Below are positions 56,339 to 64,000 of a stretch of DNA of 64,000 nucleotides, piece by piece. Made by a program: the position numbers and the translations under genes. Below the pieces are notes generated by a model. It saw nothing but the letters and a program-made list of their open reading frames with translations. It made no database searches and was not told the DNA's origin. The stretch spans positions 114,623-178,622 of the forward strand of contig CAVZXQ010000018.1 of assembly GCA_963779315.1 (NCBI GenBank), given 5' to 3'. The stretch is from an uncultured Chloroflexia bacterium (GTDB lineage: Bacteria; Chloroflexota; Limnocylindria; Limnocylindrales; CSP1-4). Every line of letters begins with the position of its first letter. Position 1 is the first letter of the stretch.

Positions 56339-57663
56339 CCGCCCAGAACGACCTCGACCGGGCGCTTGGCGCGTGGTTCGACGGCGATGCCGTAGCGCGC
56401 CGCCGCCCGAACCGCTGGCCCGAGTCATCGAGTCGACCCGGACCATCCGACCGCGCCCGGCGCTCACCGCCCGCGTCGGCAGCCACTGGGTCGGGGCTGG
56501 ACCGACGAGTGGACGCCCGGGCCGGCCTCGCCAGCCTTCGGCCCGCCATGGTCATCGCGCTCGTCGCGCTCCTCGCCCTGGCCCTCGTCGGAGCCGCCGT
56601 GCTGGTCGGCAGTCGGCTGGTGGCTCCAAGGACACCCCAACACACCTACCTCAACGAGTTCACGTCCGCGCCGGACCTGTCGATGCCGATGGCGTACCCG
56701 ACACTCGTGCCCCTTCTGGACGGCCGCGTTCTGGTCATCGGCGATGACGGCGACGGCGGCGGCACGGGCACCAGGGCGCTGGTCTACGACCCGGCCACCG
56801 GCGTCTCGGCGTCGACTGGCCCACTCGTGTCCGGTGAATCGCTTGGGGTGGAGTCGGCGGTGCGGTTGAAGGACGGAAGAGTCCTGATCATCGGGAACGC
56901 TGGCGCTCAGGTCCTCGAGGACGCAACCCAGGTCTTCGATCCGAGCACCTTCGGCTTCACGCCGGTTGGTCCGATGATCACCCCCCGCAGCGGGGCCGCG
57001 GTCGCGCTGCTTCCTGATGGACACGTGCTGATCGCCGGTGGGATGCCGTGGGGCCAGGATGCCGCGACGAACTCGGCCGAGCTCTTCGATCCGAACACGT
57101 CGACGTTCTCGCCGACGGGATCGCTCGGCACAACGAGAGCGTACGCCGCTGCGGCGAGCCTGCCGGACGGCCGCGTCTTCGTGTCGCCTGGCGAAAGCCG
57201 CAAGACCGCCGAGGTCTATGACCCGACCACAGGAACGTTCAGCGGCGCCGGCACGACGTTGGACTACGGCTCCAGCAACGTCGCGATCGCGCAATCCCGA
57301 TGGCCGGGTCGTCGTCTTCAAGACCACGGGCCTGGGGGGAAAGGGGATCGTCGAAGTCTGGGACCCGACATCGCTCACGTTCTCGCAGCGCGGCCCTCTG
57401 GCGGGTCGACCCGCCAGCGCGACCCTCTTGGACGACGGGCGGATCCTGCTTACCGGCGGGTACGGTGGGAGTTCGCGTATCTACGATCCGGCCACCGGCG
57501 GGACCCCCTTGACCGATGCGACAGGGGCCTGGGGACCCAGGGCGACGCGGCTCGCCGACGGGCGAGTGCTGATCGTGGGCGGCCTGCTCGACGGACGCAT
57601 CCGGCCAGAAGGTGGTGGGACCCAGGCGCCCGGCGTCTCGACGGTCGAGATCTTCCAGTGAGG
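56335..57663 (+). CDS. Anti-sigma-like membrane protein with a Kelch-type propeller; frame breaks.
   Basis: The N-terminus MTAQNDLDRALGAWFDGD is followed by the TM helix MVIALVALLALALVGAAVLV and LLDGRVLVIGD.../LPDGHVLIAGG.../LADGRVLIVGG blades. The start overlaps the sigma stop. Confidence 0.6.
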
Positions 57664-57810
57664 AAGCACCCGTCGTCCGCCGCGAAGTCGCGTCGGCCGG
57701 GCGGGCGGCCGGTGGATCCGATCACGAGCCGATCCGCAGGCCCAAGACCTCGGTCTGGCATGAAGCCCCCGACCTATGCGCGTCAGCGCCCAACGCCGTG
57801 ACCGGAGGAC

Positions 57811-58980
57811 ATGATGTTCCCAGCCCTTAGGCTCGCCACCCTGCTCGCAGTCGCCCTGCTCGGGTCGGCCGCGTGCGCGGCGGGCACCGTCTCATCCGGT
57901 CCATCCGCATCTTCCGCTCCGGCTTCGACCTCGACCGCCGCCGACCCCGACGGTCGCCGCGTCCCCGAACGCGACCCCTGTCCCGAGCCCCACCCCGTTC
58001 GCCATCAAGGATGGCGAGCCGTGGATCGTCTACGAGTGGGTCCAGGACTGCGGCGGTGACAGTTGCGACGAGCGGTGTCTACCTGGTCCGGCCCGACGGC
58101 CGCGATAGGCATCTGCTCCTCACGACTCCGGCGGGCCACCCGGACTGGTCGCCGGACGGCAAGCGTCTCGCCGTCGACCAGCCACCGGACGGCGCCTGGC
58201 GAGATCTGGACCATGAACGCGGACGGTACTGACCACGAGCAGCTCATCGCCTGTTCGGGGGCGCCCTGCACGAGCTTGGGCTTGCCCGGCCTGGTCGCCC
58301 GATGGCAAGCACCTGGCCTTCGTGCGCAATCTCAAGCCGAACGCACCTGGATACGAGGACTCCCAGGCGGCGATCGAGGTCCTCGACCTGGCGACCGGCG
58401 CCACCCGCGTCGTCGCCATGTCTCCCGTCGCGGTCACCGAGTCCGTCCAGTACATGGATCCGCGCTGGTCCGCCGGACGGCACGCAGATCGTCTTCACGG
58501 TGATGCGCTACCCGATGCCACCTACCGACGAGAACATCCTGGGCAGCTCGATCGCGGTCGTGAAGGCTGACGGCTCCGAGGCCGATGCACCCCGGATCCT
58601 GACCGATCCCGCGATGTTCGCGAACCTATCCGGACTGGAGCCCCGACGGCGAGCGCATCGTCTTCAATACCTACCCGCTCGGCTCCTTCCAGGAAACGAC
58701 GAAGGCGACGAACCTGTACACGATCCGGCCCGACGGGACCGGGCTGACCCAGGTCACGCACTTCGGCGAGAACGACACGCGGGCGACCCAGCCGACCTGG
58801 ACGCCCGACGGCAAGCAGATCATCTTCACGCAGATCGCGCGAAACCCGAGCAACTCCTGGGGTGAGCGTCAGATCGCCCTCATCGATGCGGACGGCTCGA
58901 ATCTGGCCTTGATCCCCGTGCCCGGCACCGCCGACGACCACTGGTATGGGACGCACGCGCGGATGCGCCCGACGCCCTGA
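57811..58980 (+). CDS. PD40/TolB-like lipoprotein with a ...GTHARMRPTP tail; several frame breaks.
   Basis: The lipobox is LLGSAAC, followed by FAIKDGEPWIVYEW and HPDWSPDGKRLA. It is a paralog of 45492..46634. Confidence 0.6.
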
Positions 58981-59012
58981 CCCAGCCAGCCAACCAAGAC
59001 AGAGGTGTCTCC

Positions 59013-60084
59013 ATGCGTGTGCTCACGATCGTCCTGCTTGCGATCCTGCTGTCGGCGTGTGCTGGGGCGTCGCCCAGTGCCGTGACCGCTCCCTCGCCAT
59101 CGGTCGCCGCGATCGCCAGTACGCCTCCGACCGCCAGCCCCGCGCCACAGCCGACCCCGCTCGCCGTCCTCGATGGCGAGCCATGGATCGCCTATAGCTG
59201 GCCGCGTCCGACGGACGGTCAATTCGCGATCTTCCTCATGCGTCCGGACGGGTCCGATGCCCACGAGATCGCCGCCGACGTCCCGGGCGAGCACAAGGCG
59301 CCTGCTTGGTCGCCCGACGGCAAGAAGCTGGCGTTCGTGGTCCAGGACGGCGATCACCCGGATGGGTCGATCTGGACCGCGAATGCCGACGGTTCAGGCG
59401 CGGCGTTGTTGTCGGCCGGTGGGACCGAATGCCCGGTCGGCCTGTTCCATCCGGCGTGGTCCGCAGACGGAACGAAGCTCGCCGTCGTCTGCTATCCCGG
59501 AGATGATCGGGAGGCCGTCGCCATCCTGGATCTTGCGACCGGCTCCCTGACGCGCCTCGCCACATTCGAGGCCCCGGATCATCTGGACAACGCTCCGACT
59601 TGGTCGCCGGACGGGCGAACCATCGCCTTCGACATCCTCCATTGGGACCCGACCGGCCAGTTCATCGATGGATCCGTCGTCGCGACGATACCCGTCGCGG
59701 GCGGGGAGATCCATCGGCTCACGGCCCCCGCGGCATTCATGTCCCATCCGGACTGGAGCCCGGACGGCAGCGAGTTGGTCATGAACTCCTACGACCTGGG
59801 CAACATCCCTTCGACCGCGAAGCCGTCGAACCTGTACGCGATCAAACCGGATGGGTCGGGTCTACGCCAGCTCACCCACTCATCGAAGGACGGCTCGATG
59901 CGGATCGGACAGCCGAACTGGGACCCGGACGGCATCGCGGATCGTGGTTTCCATCCTGACCTCGACCGGCCCGGACTTCACGTTCGCCGACGTGAAGCTC
60001 GCGTTCGTCGACGCTGCCGGCGGCGAGCCTGTGCTCATCTCCCAGGCAGACGGGAAGTATCCGGACCTGCGCCCGACGCCCTGA
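59013..60084 (+). CDS. PD40/TolB-like lipoprotein with a ...KYPDLRPTP tail; frame break near 59940.
   Basis: The lipobox is LLSAC, followed by LAVLDGEPWIAYSW and APAWSPDGKKLAF. Confidence 0.7.
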
Positions 60085-60201
60085 CCGCTATCCCCCGCTA
60101 GTCAGCGAGCGCGCCACGGCCGAAGATGGAACCTTTCCTGGCTCTCCTCACCACATATCCCGTGAAGTGGCCGGATCGGGCGCAGCGGTCAGGGAGTCGA
60201 G

Positions 60202-60759
60202 ATGCAGGCAGAGCTCGTGGCACGGGCGCAGCAGGGTGATCGAGAAGCGTTCTCGACGCTTGCCGCCGGCGCGAGTGCCCGTCTGTACGCCACGGCCCGG
60301 CTGATCCTGACCCAGCCCGACCGGGCCGAGGACGCCGTCCAGGACGCGCTCGTCGAGGCCTGGCGTGACATTCGCGGCCTGCGGGACCCTGACCGACTGG
60401 ACGCGTGGCTCCACCGGCTGCTGGTTCGTGCCTGCCACCGCCACCTCCGGCGCGACTACCGGCGGCGGGTCCGGGAGATCTCCGTGCCGGAGATCGACGC
60501 AGGCGAGGTCGCTGACAGCGCACGGGCCTTTGCAGACCGCGACGAGATGGATCACGCCTTTCGTCGCCTGACCGACGACCAGCGCACCATCCTGGCGCTG
60601 GTCTACTACGCCGACCTCCCACTTGCCGATGTCGCCATCGCCTTGGGCATCCCGATCGGCACGGCGAAATCCCGTCTCAATCGCGCGATGGCTGCCTTGC
60701 GGGCCGCACTCGCCGCCGACGAACGTACCTCCGCGATAGTGAACGGACAGCCAGCATGA
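60202..60759 (+). CDS. ECF sigma factor 5, RpoE-like.
   Basis: Region 2 is DAVQDALVEAWRDIRGLRDPDRLDAWLHRLLVRA, and region 4 is ILALVYYADLPLADVAIALGIPIGTAKSRLNRA. Confidence 0.8.
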   Translation: MQAELVARAQQGDREAFSTLAAGASARLYATARLILTQPDRAEDAVQDALVEAWRDIRGLRDPDRLDAWLHRLLVRACHRHLRRDYRRRVREISVPEIDAGEVADSARAFADRDEMDHAFRRLTDDQRTILALVYYADLPLADVAIALGIPIGTAKSRLNRAMAALRAALAADERTSAIVNGQPA

Positions 60760-61705
60760 ACGCCCGACGATGATCTCGATCCCCAGTTCGACGACCTTGG
60801 ACCCCGGCTGATGGCCTGGATGAGTGCGACGGCCAAGAGGCCCGATGCCGCCGCGCTGGTAGGTGGCGCTGTGCGTCGGACCGAGTCGGTCGGTCAACGG
60901 CCAAGGCTGTTGGCTCGGACCGGGCTTGGCCGGAGCCGACGACCCTGGATCGTGCTCGGTCTTGCAGCGGCGCTGGCTCTGCCGGCCAGCTGGCTTGCAG
61001 CGGGAGCGCCGCTCCCGACCCAGACTGTGCCCAGCGTCGCGCTCCAGACTCCAGGTCCGACGTCTCTCTCAGCTCCTGCGAGCCCCGCGGTCGCGGGGCC
61101 CAAGACACTGGAGACGGACTTCATCGACCGCCCCTTCGAGTACTTGATCCCGGCCGGAAGCGCGACCCGTCGGCTCGACAGCGGTGGAGTCCGCGAGTTG
61201 GTCGAATGGGTGGACGGTCCGGACGTGGCGCTCGGTCCGTCTCCGGCTCCGGAGGATCTGAATCCCTGGGTGCATGCCTCAGCCCGGGAACGTACGGAAC
61301 CTACGGGGCGTCATCCTGGGCTCAGCCGAGGAAGCCTGGGGCCACGGAGCTGCGGGGCGGTTCATGCTCAAGACGGCGCCGGCCGAGCTCCTCGCCGACC
61401 TTCGTGACAACACGGGTGTGCACATGGGCACCATCGAGGAGACGGTGCTCGATGGACGGCCGGCCTGGACAGCGATGCTGTCAGGCGTTGGCGGGTACGA
61501 CATCCACGTGACCGGGCGCATGAAAGGCCTGAGCGGGGACTTCGTGATCCTGACCATCCCTTCACGTCTCACCGTGACCGAAGTCGACGGCACCACCGTC
61601 TTCATCCTGACCTGGGCGCGCACGGCCGCCGACCTCGACGCGTGGCTCCCGGTCGCCGACGAACTCGTCGCCTCGATCCACTTCCTCCCGGCGGAACAGC
61701 CATGA
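60756..61705 (+). CDS. Anti-sigma-like membrane protein with an uncharacterised extracytoplasmic C-terminal domain; frame breaks.
   Basis: The start overlaps the sigma 5 stop. A TM helix (WIVLGLAAALALPASWLAAGA) is present, and the C-terminal domain is in ORF 61274..61705. Confidence 0.5.
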
Positions 61706-61731
61706 GGAGCATCCCGGGAGCGGGACCCTTC

Positions 61732-62318
61732 TTAGTCCCAGCGGTCCCAGCGGGCGAAGTCCTCGAACGGCACCCAGCCGCGCTTGAGGCTGGGTGACCG
61801 GACGTCCGGCAGTGGCTTGCCGACCGGCATGACCCCGATCGGGACGAACTCGTCCGGGATGCCGAGGTAGGCGCGCAGCGGCTCGATCTCCGGTCCGACG
61901 AAGCCGCAGCCGAGGCCCTCGTTCACGGCGGCCAGCATGATGTTCTGCATCGTCGCGCCGATGTCGACCCACCAGTAGGGGACCGGCCAGTCGATCTCCG
62001 CGCCGTCGTCATCGACCTTGTCCGCCTCCTGGTAGCGGCGGTGGTAGATCGCCTCGCTGACGCACGGGATGAACTGGGCGGCGCACTCGCTGATCCACGG
62101 CCCGAAGTCCGCCTCGTACGCCTCCTCGCCGCAGATCCGGGCGACCTCGCGACGGCCGCCGGGTCCGTCACGACGATCAGCCGCTGGCCCTGGCTGAAGC
62201 CGGCCGACGGCGTGCGCTGGGCGAGCCGGGCGATGCGCTCGATGACCTCGCGGTCGACGCCGCCTTCCTCGAACCGGCGCACCGCGCGGCGCTTCATGAC
62301 GACGTCGGTGAACTCCAT
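61732..62318 (-). CDS. Nitroreductase-family protein; frame break.
   Basis: The N-terminus MEFTDVVMKRRAVRRFEEGGVD is present, and the C-terminal portion is in ORF 61732..62769. Confidence 0.6.
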
Positions 62319-62336
62319 CGGATCTCCTCTCAGGCG

Positions 62337-62706
62337 GTGAGCACGTCCGTCCCGTAGGCCAGGAAGGCGGTATCGCGGCTGACCACGATCGCGCCGACGC
62401 GATCCGCCTGCGCGACGAGCATCCGGTCGAAGGGATCGCGGTGGTGCGCCGGCAGCGAACCAGCTCGCTCGGCGTCTCGGCCGGTGATCGGAAGGACATC
62501 GAAGCCGGCCTCGTCGATGGCCGCGACCAGGCCGACGGGCGCCGACAGCTTGCCCAGCGCACGCTTGATCTCGATCTCCCAGATGCTCGCGGCAGAGACC
62601 AGGACGTCGTTCGTGGGATCCGCGATGGCCGAGCGGGCGGCGGGTCGAGCGTCGGGTCATCGGCGAGCCACCAGAGGACGGCGTGCGCGTCGAGCAGCAG
62701 GATCAC
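62337..62706 (-). CDS. vapC: PIN-domain toxin VapC; frame break.
   Basis: Contains (V)ILLLDAHAVLWWLADDP...VLVSAASIWEIEIKRALGKL...RDPFDRMLVAQA. The GTG start overlaps the antitoxin stop. Confidence 0.65.
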
Positions 62707-62941
62707 GACTCGAAGGCGTCCAGGAGCGATGTCGTCCGTCTGGTCGAAGTCCGCGTGCGATGCGGACACGACCGCGCCACTGGCCGGGCACGCGCGGGCT
62801 CGTCCGGGCCCGGAAGGGGATCAGGCGGGCGACCGGCCGCCCGGCGCGCGCGATGACGACCTCTTCCCCGGTCTCGACGCGCTCGATGAGCCGCGAGAGG
62901 TGCGTCTTAGCCTCGTGGATGTTCACGGTCGGTTCGGCCAT
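62693..62941 (-). CDS. Phd/YefM-family antitoxin; frame break.
   Basis: MAEPTVNIHEAKTHLSRLIERVETGEEVVIARAGRPVARLIP is present, and the C-terminus ...DAFES overlaps vapC. Confidence 0.65.
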
Positions 62942-63068
62942 GCTCGCGAGCCTACGAGGTTAGTCCAGGTTAGTCAACTCGGCCGAGATGGAACCTGGAG
63001 GTGGCCCACACACCCCGTACTCCACAAGGCTGGCCGATCGGTCCGCCCGACAGCTCGCGTGGAGGCGT

Positions 63069-64000
63069 CATGTCCCGATACCAGCGCCGTGGCGGCGATC
63101 GTCTGCCTCGTGGTCGTCGCCGCCTGCAGCGCAGGGGCGGCCGCGGTCGCACCATCGACGGCTGTTCCGACGGTTTCGCCCTCGGCGAGCGCGCCGTCTC
63201 CATCGGCCGCGCCGTCAACGATGGCCGCGACGCCCTCTGCGGATCCTGTCCTCCCCGTCATCACCGACGCGGACCCACGGATCCTCTACACCACGCACCG
63301 CCCAGACGCGGATGTCGGGGTCTACCTGATGCGGTTGGATGGGACCGATGCCGTGCAGCTGGCGACCGACGTTCACGGCAGCCTCAAGCACCCGGACTGG
63401 TCGCCCGATGGCCAGCACGTCGTCTTCATCGACGAAACGACCGAGAAGATGTGGATCGCAAACCTGGACGGCACACCCTCCACATCGATCACCGCCTGCG
63501 ACGTCCCCGGCTGCGACTACCCGGCCTGGTCGCCGGATGGGTCGAAGCTCGCCTTCAGCCGCGCTGAGTTCGGCGCCGGTCGTCGGACCATCGGCCGTCG
63601 GGATCCACGTTCTGGATCTGGCGTCCGGGGATGTGTCGACCGTCATTCGCCTCGAGCGTCCGCTGCTCGCCGACGTCCCGCGCTGGTCGCCGGACGGTAG
63701 CCGGATCGTGTTCGGTGTGGACCGAATGGACGACGCCGCGACCGAGACAGGGTCGGCCATCGCGGTCGTCGCGGCGACCGGCGGCGAACCACGCTACCTC
63801 ACGGACTTCGCGAAGTTCGCCTACTACCCGGACTGGAACCGCGTGACAGACGAGATCGTATTCTCGACCGAGGGGCTGTTCTTCAGGGGTGAGCCAGATC
63901 CTGGCGACACGTGGAACCTCTACGCCGTCAGGCCGGACGGGAAGGGGCTGCGCCAGATCACGGACGTACCGGCGGGCCAGCGGCTTTGGAACCCGACCTG
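63069..64000 (+). CDS. PD40/TolB-like lipoprotein; 3' end beyond the window and frame breaks present.
   Basis: The lipobox is CLVVVAAC, followed by a Pro/Ala/Ser linker. Propeller repeats HPDWSPDGQHVVF, YPAWSPDGSKLAF and VPRWSPDGSRIVF are present. Confidence 0.6.

Noticed and set aside
1-64000. tRNA, rRNA or other classical RNA genes.
   Set aside because: No cloverleaf-like or rRNA-like segment was recognised by eye in the intergenic regions. This is unverified without tRNAscan or Infernal.

Overview
This window is about 70% GC and looks like an Actinomycetota-type chromosome. The first ~43 kb is ordinary housekeeping; the last ~21 kb (43.2-64 kb) is an unusual, iteratively duplicated array of sigma/anti-sigma/propeller genes.

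The housekeeping part carries:
- sbcD and sbcC, and a photolyase
- DMT (EamA), MFS and CorA transporters
- citrate synthase
- a six-gene oxidative pentose-phosphate operon, rpiB-pgi-gnd-zwf-opcA-pgl, on the minus strand, plus tkt
- a PfkB sugar kinase
- an OmpR-type two-component system next to a lipoprotein, a peptidoglycan-binding efflux adaptor and a MacB-like ABC exporter
- an S9 propeller peptidase, psuG, an ABC-2 exporter, and an amidase with an ATP-grasp enzyme.

The array holds five ECF sigma factor genes. Each is translationally coupled, through an overlapping ATGA, to a single-pass membrane anti-sigma factor.
- Three anti-sigma factors carry an extracytoplasmic Kelch-type beta-propeller.
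- One is fused to a PD40/TolB-like propeller.
- One has an uncharacterised C-terminal domain.

Interleaved with these pairs are nine paralogous PD40/TolB-like lipoproteins, one of them truncated by the window end. Each has a lipobox signal peptide, and every complete copy ends in the same C-terminal tail, [T]HPRLRPTP, with variants DLRPTP and RMRPTP. A degenerate relic of this tail sits in one intergenic gap.

The array also contains a decayed IS481-like (rve) transposase, a small LuxR-type gene, and a duplicated sigma promoter block. The array is flanked by a VapBC pair and a nitroreductase. GTGCAC-rich repeat elements of about 200 bp occur three times, twice directly upstream of sigma genes. 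A 37-bp tandem repeat and GTTCCG-N6-CGGAAC operator-like palindromes are also present.

Roughly half of all genes, including core ones such as zwf, gnd, pgi and tkt, show frame breaks at G/C homopolymers. This points to indel sequencing errors rather than true pseudogenes. No rRNA, tRNA or CRISPR was recognised.
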